This document shows, piece by piece, positions 24,377-37,446 of a stretch of 64,000 bases of DNA. Under the pieces are notes generated by a model, which was not told the origin of the DNA, did not search any database, and saw only the letters and a program-made list of their open reading frames with translations. The stretch's first letter is position 1, and every line of letters begins with the position of its first letter. The position numbers and the translations under genes were made by a program. This DNA comes from Lama glama (taxonomy: Eukaryota): contig CM052816.1 of NCBI GenBank assembly GCA_028534125.1, positions 45,696,001 through 45,760,000 of the forward strand. Reading direction: 5' to 3'.

Positions 24377-24615
24377 CTAAGTGAAATGATACAGTCCTCA
24401 GTAAACATTAAAAGAATGAGTAGTAACATTATTAAAGAACATAATGTAGGCTGTCCCTTTAATATAAGTTTATAAATACCAAATTTAGCTAATTAGAAAA
24501 TACACCAGGCTTGAAAGAAGTGTCTCTGCTATTTCAATGCTTAAAACACACAACTTTCACACCATCTCCTACTATTCTCAGGCATCAACTAGCTAAGAGA
24601 ACATAAATGGATCCC

Positions 24616-24671
24616 CATTACACCTCAGTAGGATGATACCTCTAACTCATTACACCTTACTAGGATGATAC
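24616..24671. repeat. Imperfect direct repeat, 24-bp unit, 32-bp period
   Basis: CATTACACCTCAGTAGGATGATAC (24616-24639) and CATTACACCTTACTAGGATGATAC (24648-24671). Confidence 0.85.
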
Positions 24672-25019
24672 ACGGTTTAGAGAGCTAAACCACTAAACAC
24701 TAACTCAGGAAACAAAGCCAATTTACACTAACATTCATTCGACTACACCAGAACTGAGGTTTTGAGTCACAATGCATAAATGAGCATAAGCAGAGATTTT
24801 TGCTTCCTATCAGAAAAAGACCTTAAGATACCAAATCAAATGTAGAAGATGCCATTGTTACATTCCATCCAGGGTCCTTCAGTTGTCTTTGAGTTACAAA
24901 GGATTAAGCCCTGGAAACATTCATTCCAATTCTTATGGCTTAGTAAGACTGTTATCCATGTAAATGACTCAAGATAGCTCTACTTTCTATCAAAAATTTC
25001 AAAAATCCATTTGGATATA

Positions 25020-25432
25020 TCTTAAAAGAAATTTAAGAGAGTTATTAATCAATTGCAGTGTATGGACTATATTTGGATTCTGCCTGGAATGAGCAAAAAA
25101 AATTTTCCAGGCAAAAAAATTTAAACACTGGCTTAATATCTGATGATATTAAGGGATTATATTTTATTGTGTTAGGTATAATACTGATACTGTGATGTTA
25201 GAGAGCCCTTATTTTTGATTAAATACTGAAATATTTATGTATGAAATGATACAATGCCTGGGATTTGCTTTAAAATAATCCAAGGCAGCTGTGGGCTTAA
25301 AGCTGGGGACAGGAGTAGACTGGGTGAATGACAGTGGTCAGGAGATAGCCCATCTCCCTACGAACTGATCATTGTTAAAGCTGGGTGATAAGTCTAGTTT
25401 TTGTACATGATTGAAATCTGCCATAAAAAATT
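25020..25432 (+). mobile_element. Old LINE-1 (L1M-type) 3' end
   Basis: ATATCTGATGATATTAAGGGATTAT, GGGATTTGCTTTAAAATAATCCA, ATTGTTAAAGCTGGGTGAT, TTGAAATCTGCCATAAAAAA. Confidence 0.65.
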
Positions 25433-26419
25433 AATCCCCACATCTCTACTGTGTATAGCAGGAATTATGATAGAGTAAGAAATAGAGACTATTCTAAAAA
25501 AGAAAGTCTCCTGGATATCAGCCTTTTTAGTACCTGCATGGTGGGATTTTATATATAAATTTAAATAAATATAAGAAAGGTAACTTGTATTATTCAGATA
25601 CATATCACTACTTTGTCCTCCCTAAATACTTTAAGTTGCCGTATCTAGCTAAAACTCTTACCATCTCCAGGAAATTGACCTGGTCTCTGGTGTCAAGAAA
25701 GCCAACAGTCTGGACCCCTGGCTGAATCCTGAAGCTATAAATGTGCCAGGGATGCGCGGCATGGTTGAGAGTTCAAGTGAGGCCGCCTTGTAAATGAGAT
25801 CTGAGCAACGACACTCGTGTGAAAATATAAGAAAGCCAACTTGTACACATAAGTGGAAATGAGTAAGGAAGGGATACTTTATTTCAAATAGAGCATATGT
25901 CACTTGTGTTTAGACATGAGCACCTCCAAGTATGTTCAGCGATTCACATTAGGTAATTTTGTGATATTAGTAATCCTGATACAGGTACAAAGTGAGAACC
26001 TGTTGAAACTGACGGTTTAAGTGGTTCTTGGCTTTCATTTGAGCCTTTGCTTTTTTTTCTTTAATTATAACATTCAAAAGACAGAAGAAAGAAAAAAGCC
26101 TGTATTTTCTCAATTTTATAAGTAGGTGTTACATAATCTGCTCCATTTTACTCTTTAAAACAACATGCTTATCAAATTGATAATGTATCAGGTGAGTTAA
26201 TTTGGAATAATTTTTCATTAATTAGTTAATTGTTAAAAAGGGCAAAGAGAATAGCTTTAAATCTAGAAAGGCTTTAATCAAATTTCCCTTTTCATTCTTC
26301 ACCCAGCCTCACTCAGAATATATACATCTCTATTAAAGTATAGTTTTTTTTAAATGAAATATATAAACCCACTGGTGGTGTTTAGGACTCTGTCAAGGCC
26401 CGGAACAGAATTCTGAAAT

Positions 26420-26835
26420 TACTAGAATCCTAATGTTTGCTGTTCTTGTTGAATTTAAGGACAGATATTAAATTCAATACAGCTCAACTCAAATAGACTT
26501 TATACACAGCATTTCTAAAGCCAAAGAAAATACAGGAACATTGTGAAAAAGAAGGGTAATATGCTCTAAAAATATTAACAAATAATCAGAAGCTTCTATT
26601 GATTGGAACAGCTTAGTGATGGTTCAGAAATAGATCAATGGAACAGAGTTCAGAAATACATCTAAGTAGATACAGGAATTTAATAGCTGATAAAGGATAA
26701 TTTCCTATCAATGCAGGAAGAAAATTATTTAGGCAGGCAACTGGCTAGTCATTTGGAAACAGATAAAAATGGATCCATACCCTTCCCTGCACACCAACAT
26801 AAATTTCACAGTAATCCAAAATTTAATGCAAAGTA
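26420..26835 (+). mobile_element. Old LINE-1 ORF2 fragment
   Basis: AATAGATCAATGGAACAGA...TGATAAAGG...GGCAACTGGCTAGTCATTTGGAAA...GGATCCATACC resemble L1 ORF2. Confidence 0.6.
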
Positions 26836-27541
26836 ATTGTAGTATATAATAAAGATTTCATAGTTGGAGCAGTTCAGGTGAAGAAAAGATTCAGAGTGTG
26901 ATGTGAGAAGCTGAAATGGAGTGAAGACAATGGGTTACTGGAATGGAGAAGAAACTCTCAGCCTAGGTAACTTCAAGAGGCATCTACAAAGTTCCAAAGA
27001 GGCCGTGACCCACAAACGTGCCCTGCTTAAAAATATCTTCATTGACTCCAGCTTATTTTGAAATGCACCATGTTTCAAAAAGCTGGAAACCCAAGCCCAA
27101 AACAGTGAGTCCTGATTCAGTCAGATACTTGAGGTTGGATTATAGTGTTCACTGCACTTTAGGATTTGAAACCTTGTGGTATTGCAGGGATTGCCCCTCA
27201 GGTCTACATGACTAAGCCCTTAATTAACTGCAGGCTTAAAATTATAAGTAGAGAAATCTTAGTTAAACTAATCTGATCAATTTCCTTAACTTGTAGACTT
27301 CCACTTACAAAGCTGCCTAGAAGGTTACCTTTACTTCCTACATTCCATCTGGTATTATTATAATTTCAACACTATAATAAATCTCTTGAGACCAAGGAGT
27401 TGATGCCAGTGATAATAATGTACCCATGGTTCCAATCAACTTGGTTTTTGTTTGTTTATTTTAATTACATACTATATATCTGACTTAATAGATCATCCTT
27501 AAGCTAAGTGGCTTTGTTACCCTCCCCAAATAGACCATTAC

Positions 27542-27688
27542 CTCTTCTTGCTCTTCCTCGTCATATTCCTCTTGGTCTGCAGCATCATCCTCATCCTCAT
27601 CATCACCTTCTTTACTTTTCTCTTTGCTTCCTTCTTTCTCTTCATTCTCCTCATCTGATTTTTCACCATCACCTCTCTTTTCCAATTC
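27542..27688 (-). CDS. POLR3G: POLR3G penultimate coding exon (acidic tail, 49 aa)
   Basis: ELEKRGDGEKSDEENEEKEGSKEKSKEGDDEDEDDAADQEEYDEEEQEE. Acceptor TTTATACCAG (AG at 27689-27690), donor GAG|GTAATG, in frame with the last exon. Confidence 0.96.
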
Positions 27689-28408
27689 CTGGTATAAATG
27701 AGCTTCATTAATTCAAATGGAAATCACAAGATATTCTGACTTCCATGCTCAACCCCAAAAGGACAGTTACCTATTACCTTAATTGAATCCTCCCTTACTG
27801 ATACCTCCAGGCCACCACCAAGGACACTGAGTTAACTCAAGAAAGCAAGAACTCACTGGCCTGTCATTACACCAGGATTTTCTTTGATTTTGTTACTTGA
27901 TAATGGGGTCTCAGGTAAAGCTGGGGTATCGGCTCTAACGTGCAAAGCTTTATTTTTATAATTTCTATCCTACCTCTTTCTAAAATACTGAGTTGATTCA
28001 GTTTATGGAGAAGAACTTTCAGAATGTTATTCTGTCTTCCTTTTAACGTGAAAGGAGAAAAGAGAACATAATGGGAACATTTCAAAATGTCTGTGTTTTA
28101 GCTTGTAAGTTTAAAGCAATACCAAGTCATCTTGGGGTGAATTATCTTATTTGCAGATTATCCATGTTCTTATCTCTGTTCTCCCTCATTATTTACTTCC
28201 CATTCCCAGGGATTTTTGTTTTTTAATTTATCTGGCAGGTTGAAAAGAAGATTAAAACTCAAACCTCAGTCAACATTAGCACTTATTAGCAACTCTGAGT
28301 GTGAAGGCAAAGAAGAGATGCAGTTAGAAAAGCTCTGATTACCTGATAGTTCCACTTAGCCACCTTGTTAAAATCAGTACGCTACCTTCTCATAACACAT
28401 AGATTTAA

Positions 28409-28448
28409 CTCTAAGATTACATCTTTATCTCTAAGATTACATCTTTAT
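28409..28448. repeat. Perfect 20-bp tandem duplication
   Basis: CTCTAAGATTACATCTTTAT occurs twice in tandem. Confidence 0.9.
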
Positions 28449-28896
28449 ATTTCTATTATGACTACCAATAATTCTTTCCATTTTTCCATAAAAAGTGACC
28501 TGTTTTCATTACTGTTACTATCCATTCTCCAAATTGTTCTATGCTTAATTTGCATAAATGATAGAATCTCACAAGTTTTCTAGGTGAGGTATAGCAATAA
28601 TTTTAATATTTAATACTCATAATATGGCATAAGATTACTTTAGCTAAAATGTGATTATTCTTAGTCAATAATCAGAACACTAATTCATAAACCTGTAAAT
28701 ACCCTACCCTATTATAAGACATTTGCTCTGTAAACTACAGATAGAGAAAAAACATAATTTGTATTTGGAGTGACTGCAACTTAACTATTCCATTACTGGT
28801 TCTGAAATAGTTATTTTTAAAAATGCCTTTAATTACATTCAAATTTGAATTTAAGGAAATCAAAAGCAATGAAAGACTACATTAGAAGATAGACTC

Positions 28897-29040
28897 GTTT
28901 GGTGCAGCCACTATGGAAAACAGTGTGGAGATTCCTCAAAAGACTAGGAATAGACTTACCATATGACCCAGGAATCCCACTCCTGGGCTTGTACCCAGAA
29001 GGAAATCTACTTCAGGATGACACCTGCACCCCAATGTTCA
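28897..29040 (+). mobile_element. Young 5'-truncated LINE-1 running into the gap
   Basis: Open frame VQPLWKTVWRFLKRLGIDLPYDPGIPLLGLYP...TCTPMF is the ORF2 C-terminal region. Confidence 0.92.
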
Positions 29041-29540
29041 NNNNNNNNNNNNNNNNNNNNNNNNNNNNNNNNNNNNNNNNNNNNNNNNNNNNNNNNNNNN
29101 NNNNNNNNNNNNNNNNNNNNNNNNNNNNNNNNNNNNNNNNNNNNNNNNNNNNNNNNNNNNNNNNNNNNNNNNNNNNNNNNNNNNNNNNNNNNNNNNNNNN
29201 NNNNNNNNNNNNNNNNNNNNNNNNNNNNNNNNNNNNNNNNNNNNNNNNNNNNNNNNNNNNNNNNNNNNNNNNNNNNNNNNNNNNNNNNNNNNNNNNNNNN
29301 NNNNNNNNNNNNNNNNNNNNNNNNNNNNNNNNNNNNNNNNNNNNNNNNNNNNNNNNNNNNNNNNNNNNNNNNNNNNNNNNNNNNNNNNNNNNNNNNNNNN
29401 NNNNNNNNNNNNNNNNNNNNNNNNNNNNNNNNNNNNNNNNNNNNNNNNNNNNNNNNNNNNNNNNNNNNNNNNNNNNNNNNNNNNNNNNNNNNNNNNNNNN
29501 NNNNNNNNNNNNNNNNNNNNNNNNNNNNNNNNNNNNNNNN
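29041..29540. other. Assembly gap (500 N)
   Basis: Run of exactly 500 N. Confidence 1.
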
Positions 29541-29682
29541 TATGTCTGTTTTGGTACCAATACCATGCTGTCTTGATGACTGTAGCTCTATAGTATTGTC
29601 TGAAGTCTGGGAGAGTTATTCCTCCAGCCTCTTTCTTTCTCTTCAGTAATGCTTTAGCAATTCTAGGTCTTTGATGGTTCCA
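29541..29682 (-). mobile_element. Young LINE-1 ORF2 fragment running into the gap
   Basis: Open frame [47 protein letters not shown]. Confidence 0.92.
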
Positions 29683-32600
29683 ATGGGATCCTTTTCTTAA
29701 TTTCTCTTTCTGATAGTTTGTTTTCAGTGTATAGAAACATAACAAGTTTATCTAAATTTTGTATCCTGCAACTTTACAGAATACATTTATTAATTCTAAT
29801 AGTTTTTTGGTGGTGTCTATAAGATTCTCTGTATATAGCAGTATCAAGTCATCTGCAGTTACAGTGTTACTTTTTCCTTTCCAATTTGAATTCCTTTTAT
29901 TTATTTTTCTTGTCTGATTTCTATGGCTAGGAGTGCCAATACTATGTTTGAAAAAACAAAAGGTGACAAGAGTGGGCATCCATGTTTTGTTCCTGATCAT
30001 CGAGGAAATGTTTTCAGCTTTTCACTGTTGAGTGTGATGTTAGCTGTGGGCTTACCATATACAGCCTTTATTATGCTGAGGTATGTTTCCTCTATACCCA
30101 CTTTTTTGAGAATTTTTATTATAAATTGATGTTGAATTTTATCAAAAGATTTTTCCTGCATCTATTGAGGTGATCATTTAATTTGTATTCTTCAGTTTAT
30201 TAAGTGGTGTATCATATTGATTTTGTGGATGCTGAAACATCCTTGCCTCCCTGGGATAAATCCTATTTGATCTTGGTATATGATCCTTTTAATGTATCAT
30301 TGAATTTGATTTGCTGATATCTTGTTGAAGATTTTTATATATGTGTTCATCAGGGATATTGGCCTGTAATTTTCTTTTTTGTGTGATGTCTTTGTCTTAT
30401 TTGCTATCTGGTTGATGCTGGCTTTTAAAATGAGCTCAGAAGCATTTCTTCCTCTTCATTTTATTATTTTTTTTTGAGGAGGTGGGGGGTGGGGAAAATT
30501 GTTTGAAAAGGATAGGCATTAACCCCTCTTTACATGTTTGTTAGAATTCATCTGTGAAGTCATCTGATCCTTTTGTTTCTTGGGAGGTTTTTTTTTTAAA
30601 TTCCTGATTCAACTTCATTACTGATAATTTGTTTATACTTTCTATTTCTTCCTTATTTAGTCTGGGGAGATTTCTTCTAGGCTGTATAATTGTTCATAGT
30701 AATCTCTTATAACCTTTTGTATTTTTGTGGTTTAAGTTGTAGCTTCTCCTCTTTGATTTCTAATTTTATTGAGTTGGGCCCTCTCCCTTTGTTTCTGGTT
30801 AAGTCTGGTTCAAGGTTTATCAATTTCTTTTTAAAGAAGCAGCTGTTAGATTCTTTGATTTAAAAAAATTCTTTTTTTAGTTTTTTTTATTTATTTCTGC
30901 TCTGATCTTTGGGTTTTATTTCTTCTTCTTTTTCTAGTCCCTCTAATTATAAGATTAGATTGTTTATGTGAGATGCTTATTTTTTTCCTGAGTCAGGCTT
31001 ATATTGCTATAAGCTTCCCTCTTAGAACTGCTTTTGCTGTGTTCCATAGATGTTTGGATCATTGTTTTTCCATTTTCATTAGCCTCCAGGTATTTTCTGA
31101 TTTCCCCTTTGATTTCTTTAGTGACCCATTGGTTGTTTAATAGCATATTGTTTAGCCTCTTCATGTTGGTGTTTTTGGCAGTTTTTTCTTGTAATTGATT
31201 TCTAGTCTCATACTGTTATGAAAAGAAAAGATGCTTGATAAGATTTCAATTTGCTTAAATTTACTTAGACTTGTTTTGTGGACTAGCATGTGTTCTATCC
31301 CAGAGAATGTTCTTTGTCCACTTAAAAAAAATGTGTATTCTGCTGCTTTTGGATGGAATTATGTATATCTATTAAGTCTATCTGGTCTAACATGTTTTTT
31401 AAGGTCTGTGTTTGCTTATTGATCTTCTGTCTGGATGATTTGTCCACTGATATAAATGTGTTAAAATTCCCTTTTGTTATTGTGTACCTGTCAGTTTCTC
31501 CTTTTGTGTTTGTTAACATTTGCTTTATATATTTAGGTACTTTTATGTTGGCTGCATGTGTATTTATAATTGTTACATCTTGTTGGGTCAATTCCTTTTC
31601 ATTATGTAACACCCTTATTTGTCTCTTGTTATAGTCTGTGATTTTGTCTGATATAAGTGTTGCTACCCCAGCTTTCTTTTTGTTTCCATTTACATGGAAT
31701 ATCTTTGCCCATCCTCTCACTTTCAGTCTGTGTGTGTCTTTAGATTTGAAGTCTCTTGTAGGTAGCATATATACATATATATATATGGGTATTGTTTTTG
31801 TATGTATTCAGCTACTCTGTGTCTCTTGATTGGAGCCTTTAGTCCATTTACATTTAATTATTGATAGGTATACACTTACTGCCATTTTGTTAATTGTTTT
31901 GGGGTTCTTTTGTAGTTTTTTTTTTTGTTCCATTCTTCTTTTGCTCTCTTCCTTTGTGATTTAATGACATCTTTAGTGTTATTTTTGGATTCCTTTCTCT
32001 TGTGTGTGTGTATACCTATCACAAGTTTTTGGTTAGTGACTACCATGAGGTTCATATATAACAATTACATGCATAATATATATATGATTATTATAAGTTG
32101 ATGATGTCTTAAGTTAATGTATTCTAACAGTCCCCCACCCACGTTTAATGTTTTGACATGATAGTTTACATTTGTTTTGTGTATCCCTTAACTACTTATT
32201 TTGGATATAAATGATTTTACTACTTTTGTCTTTCAGTCATCCTACTAGTTTTATAAGTTCAATCTACTACCTTTACTGTATGTTTGCCTTTACCAGAGAT
32301 TTTTCCTTTTTGTAATTTCCATATCTCTAGTTGTGTTTTTTCTTTCCCATTTAGAGAAGTCCCTTTAACATTTCTTGTAAAGCTGGTTTAGTACTGATGA
32401 ACACTTTTAGCTTTTGCTTGTCTGTAAAATTCTTTATCTCTCCTTCACATCTGAATGATGGCCTTCAAGGTAGAGTATTCTTGGTTGTAGGTTTTTTTTC
32501 TTTCCTGTATTCATTTCTTTGAGTACATCATGTCACTCCCTCTGGCCTGCAAAATTTCTGCTGAAAAGTCAGCTCTTATAGAAGTTCCCTTGTTTGTAAC

Positions 32601-33575
32601 TAGCTGATTTTCTCTTTCTACTTGTAAGATTCTGTTTGTTTAATTTTTACCATTTTAATTATAATATGTCTTGGTGTAGACCTCTTTGGGTCCATCTTGC
32701 TTTAAGACTGTTTTTGTTTCCTGGACCTGGATGTCTTGTTTCCTTTCTCAAGTTAGGAAAGTCAGCCTTTATGTCTTTAAATATGTTTTGTGCCTCTTCT
32801 CTTTTTCTGGGACCCTTATAATGCAATTGTTAATACACTTGATGTTTTCTCAGAGATCTCTTAAACTGTCTTCATTTAAAAAAATTCCTCTGTATCATCT
32901 AATCTGCTGTTGATTCCTTCTAGTGTATTTTAAGATTTCATTTATTATATTCTTCAGCTCTCTTTGATTCTTCTTTACATTTTCTAACTCTTTAATAAAT
33001 TCACCCATTCTTCTCCCAAATTCATTGAGCATTTTTATGATTATTACCTTTGACTCTTTATTACCTTATGATTTTTTATGATTATTACCTTAAACTGCTT
33101 ATCTCTACTTTGTGTAGTTCTTCTGAGGTTTTGTCTTGTTCCTTCATTTGGAACATATTCTTCTGTTTCTTCATTTTGCCTAAATCTCTGTGTTTATTTC
33201 TATGTAGATCAGTTACAATTCCTCATCTTGGAGAAATGTCCTCATGTAGGAGACATTCTATGGGGCCCAGCAGCATATTCCTTCTGGTCACTACAGCTTT
33301 ATGTTCTAGGGCTGCCCCTTACATGGACTGTTTGGGCATTTCTGTTGTGGCAGGGCCAGTAGGTAGGTCTGACCTGCCCCCTTCCGCCTCCCCCCAGTTC
33401 TGTTGGCTTCTAGGCCCTGCCTCTCGCAGTGGCTGCTGATCCACTGGTGGGTGGGGTCAAGTTCTGGCATGGCTGGCTGCATGGCCTGAGGGGTCCAGGC
33501 CTGGTGCAGCTGGGTTGGCTCTGCAACCTGGGGTGGAGGTGTGTGTGTGCACCCAGATCTGATGCCAGCCCTCTG
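29683..33575 (-). mobile_element. Older decayed LINE-1: 5' region, ORF1 remnant, ORF2 endonuclease to RT
   Basis: Fragments DTHRLKVRGWAKIFHVNGNKKKAGVATLISDK (endonuclease), LNNMLLNNQWVTKEIKGEIRKYLEANEN, TADDLILLYTEN..TKKLLELIN.F.KVAGYKI (RT). Many frameshifts. GC-richer 5'-like end at about 33340-33575. Confidence 0.9.
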
Positions 33576-36398
33576 ACCTAGATTTTAAAAATCACTATGG
33601 CCCCAATGTAAATAATAGCCTATAATTCTGAGGGGTTTCGTGGGCAGGAATGGAAGCAGAAGGCTCAGTTAGGAGGCTTTAGTATTACTTATGCAGAAGA
33701 TGTTTGAGGACTGAATAGAGCATTAACAGTACAAGTGATGAGGGAAAGTAAAAATGAATAACAGACTATTCCCATTTTCTAGGTAAGTAAGTAGAGACTT
33801 AGAGAGTTTAACCAATTCTTGTAGAAGTGGTAAACTGGTATTCTGTATTCTACATCTAATTTCACAGATCAACCTCAGCTAAATGCCATACAGGCTTGTC
33901 ATGTTTAAAATTAATGAAATTTAAATAAGTCAGATCTTACTGTAATTCAGGTTTATTAGGCTAAATTAAGAGATGTTAGCCATGGTCCTATTTTTAGACC
34001 TTTTCTTTGATCATGCCTGTTCATTGTCTTCATGTAGAAAATATTTAAAATACAATAAACTGGGTGAAATTTAAATTATATCACCATTTTTATGATTTTT
34101 ATGGAAAATGGGAAAATCACAGCACATTTAAAACCCATAGCCTCATACAAACATTCTGTATAATTCTGGCAAAGTTTAAGAGTCAATCTGAGAAAGTGCT
34201 ATTTCTGGGAATTGATAAATAATCAATGGTACGTCAGAAATGCTTTTCTCCCCCTATAAGTTCAATAAGGATGGAAGTGAGTACTGTAAACAGTTATTTT
34301 GGGAGTAATTTAGAAGCAAATCTAAGGAGTGCACACTTTTCATTGAAAAGTAGTTGTTACTAGAACTAATCCCCTTGTGATATCTTAGCAAGCCTGGAGA
34401 GTCTCCTTTGATTAGCTTTCTCTTCCTTTGAGCAATGGAAGGAGATTCTTTCATTCTTTTCTTGCTGCAATACTTAAAAAATGTTTATAGGAGAAGAAAT
34501 TGATGATAAAGATGTAAGTTCATGGATGTTTTGTATTTTTTTATCTTTTTTTTTTAATCATGTTCACTGAAGTTTTGTATTTTTTTCACTATGTGTACTT
34601 CCTTTGTGATCTCTTAGTTACTTGTGGCTCCAAAACCTCTGTATTCCTCAACTTACAGTTTATATCATACTTTCTCTCTTCCACACAATCGAGATCTTCA
34701 AAGTAAGCATCTTTCAAGGAGTGACAAACAAAATACAGCTGCAGGATCAGTAATTCCCTGTGAAGCAGCTCTGCCTGCTATCACTGTTGACTGACAGAGG
34801 TGGTGATCCATGTCAATCATTGAAACAACACCTTGGCAAGACTGCAGTCTGCTGCTGGAGTTTTTGTGTATGGGAACACTTTGAGATAATGAGATTTTCA
34901 TATATTCCAAGCACCACTCTCAGTACCTAGAACATAGTAGGTACCCAGTAAATATTTATTAATATTAATTATAAAATCATATTTTGAAAGCTTTACTAAC
35001 ATGTGGTTGGTAAATTTGTTGCAGAATGGAGCAATGCAAGAATTTCCTTGTCAATCTTGAATAAAGTTTATTAATATTAGAATAAATAAATTTCCAAGCA
35101 GGCAGAGAGTTTTAGCAAGACTCAATAGATTGATGTAAACTTATATTTTTAAGCCATCAAACTAAGAAGAGGTTAAGACTAACGTTTACTTATTAAGATA
35201 ATTTCCTAATCATTCTTATAAGAACTTAATGAGTGACAAACTGATGCTGGATATAAATTTATGATTTCCCAAAATAACATTTGATTGGTTTGAGTGATGT
35301 CTTACATCAAGTAATCATAGTTAATTTTTGCTTCTGGAGAGATTTGACTTTACCAGTCTATCATGTCATCAGATGTGTTTCAAGAATGATTTCTTTGTCT
35401 GTTGATACAGAGTTAAAGGATTCCTATGGAGATTCTTGAATCTATAATGTGTATTTTTGTCAGGGCAGATGGGACAAGTTTAGAATAGTGGCAGAAAAAT
35501 TATGTCTTTATCTGAAATATACTGCAAACACATAAAGAATGATTTTTACACTGAAAACTATCTTTAGTCATATAAATTAAGGGCAATTTAGGATTTTTCT
35601 CATATACCAATTTTGGTGCAAAAAGCAATAGGTCACCTGTTTTAAGTTTAAAGAAAGTGAATAATACTGTGACCTCAATTTGATTGGAAATATCAGCAGT
35701 TACCACAATGAGAATAGAAGTTATAAATAAAATTCAATGATAAAACAAGTGTGAAAATTATTTTTCTTGTTATATTCATTTTTATTGATATTTTTTATTT
35801 CGTTAACATTCAATATCTGTAATTAAGACCAATGTTTGATTTTAAGTCACAACATAATCCAGGTCTAAAAGACATTTCAGAGAGTTAAAGGGAACATAAT
35901 ACATTACATATAAAGTACAGATAAAATTGTTGGGTTTTACTTTTTCATTTTCTTTTCTGAAAGGTTAATTTTGAATGATTTTCTTTTTCTTGGTCGTGAA
36001 CCAATTACCCTAACAAACAAATTCCTAACAACATAAACAGTACAATTACAGAAAGCACAGTGAAAACTGGAAATAGGATAATCCTTGATGTCTAGAAACA
36101 ACTCAAGCAACATATGGAAATGGAGAGCTTAACCTGGGTGAAGAAAAGAATATTTCCTGTATTATCCTGTATTATTATTTCCTGTATTAGCACTTGATGC
36201 CAGGGCTGATATGAGGAGTCTGGATCTGGTTGTCTCGTGACCTAGATTCCACTTTTGACATTGGACCAGGAATAGCACAGTTCTTTCATTGTTAGCAGGT
36301 CTCTGCTCTTCTCCCTAGCATTGGTGGGTGCTTATCCTAACTGCCACTGTGTTTCCTCAACTTATCCCTGTCCTTGAGATACAGCAGTTAGCCCATCA

Positions 36399-36581
36399 CA
36401 CTGGTTCTCAAACACTGGCTGCACATTGGAAGCACCTGTGAGCATTTATTTGTGAACTACCCACATTCTGGCTCTTCCTCCAGAGATTCTGAATTAAATG
36501 GTCTAGTTGGGGCTCAGACTTCAGGATTTTTGGAAAGCTCCTTGGGTATTTCTAAAGTGCAACTAAAGTTCAGAACCACTG
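36399..36581. mobile_element. MER5-like hAT MITE
   Basis: Imperfect terminal inverted repeats CACTGGTTCTCAAAC ... GTTCAGAACCACTG and internal CCAGAGATTCTGAATTAAATGGTCT. Confidence 0.8.
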
Positions 36582-36999
36582 GTGTAGAAAAATTTGAAAG
36601 AAGAAAGAGAACACAATTTGTGGAGTTCTGTCTTCATTCTCATCCTTGATTTTGTGTTTTTCCACAGGTCCCTCAGGGCCCTAGGAAACCCAGTAAAGCC
36701 AGTCTCAAGTGAATCCAGTGAAGGTAAGTTGTGGTTTCTGACTCTTTCCTAAACTGCTTTCTGGGTTCTGTTTGCCCAGAATCTTCTATGTGAGAAACTC
36801 AAGAGAGGTAAGGGAAAGGTGAGGAATCCTGATGATACTTGGCATCTTACTGTGACACGTGGTGGAATGGATTCGTTTTGAATGTTCAGTAAGTGAATTG
36901 GGCAGAATGGAGGGTAATGGATTGGCATACCAAAATGCATATATAGCAAAATCCATCAAAGCAAACACTTAATTTTAACCAATAATATCATAGTAAGTA

Positions 37000-37190
37000 A
37001 GCATTGGTATAGGATTTGGAAAACCTTAGATTCAAGTGCTGACTTTGTTACCAGCTATGCAACATGCACAATTTACCTGTACTTTCTGAGTTTTAGTTTC
37101 CTTATCCATAACATGGAAACAATATCTATTGTGCTTTCCATTTATGGTTGTTGTGAGGATTAAATTAAGTTACAAAAGTGAAGTAACATT
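37000..37190 (+). mobile_element. MIR SINE
   Basis: TTCTGAGTTTTAGTTTCCTTATCCATAACATGG...GGTTGTTGTGAGGATTAAAT. Confidence 0.7.
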
Positions 37191-37196
37191 TTATAT

Positions 37197-37446
37197 TTGG
37201 TGTCAGCCTGATTGGGTTCTAGTGAGAGCCCTCTTCCAGGTTGCAGGCTGCTGACTTGTATTCTTACACAGTGGAAAGAGCAAACTATCCCTCTGGCCTC
37301 TTGTAAGGACACTAACACATTCATGAGGGCTCCATCCTCATGACCTAGTTGTCTCCAGAAGGCCTCACTTCCGAATACTATCATATTGAGAATTACATTT
37401 CATAATGTTAATTTTGAAGAGTCAGAAACATTCAGTCCATATTGCT
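37197..37446 (-). mobile_element. MaLR LTR fragment (MLT1A-like)
   Basis: GGTTCTAGTGAGAGCCCTCTTCCAGGTTGCAG...TTCATGAGGGCTCCATCCTCATGACCTAG...ACATTCAGTCCATA. Confidence 0.8.

Noticed and set aside
24616..28448. Short direct repeats as a CRISPR-like array
   Set aside because: Only isolated two-copy duplications in eukaryotic intronic DNA, with no repeat-spacer periodicity.
28897..29682. Single L1 with twin-priming 5' inversion
   Set aside because: Both pieces point toward the gap, the opposite of twin-priming geometry.
28899..29745. ORFs of 184-235 aa spanning the N run
   Set aside because: Artefacts of translating through the gap. The real residues are L1 ORF2.
33770..33790. Recursive-splice-like TTTTCTAG|GTAAGT on +
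   Set aside because: It lies in a decayed MIR core (CCCATTTT..AG...AGAGACTTAGAGAG) with a short pyrimidine tract and no known host transcript.
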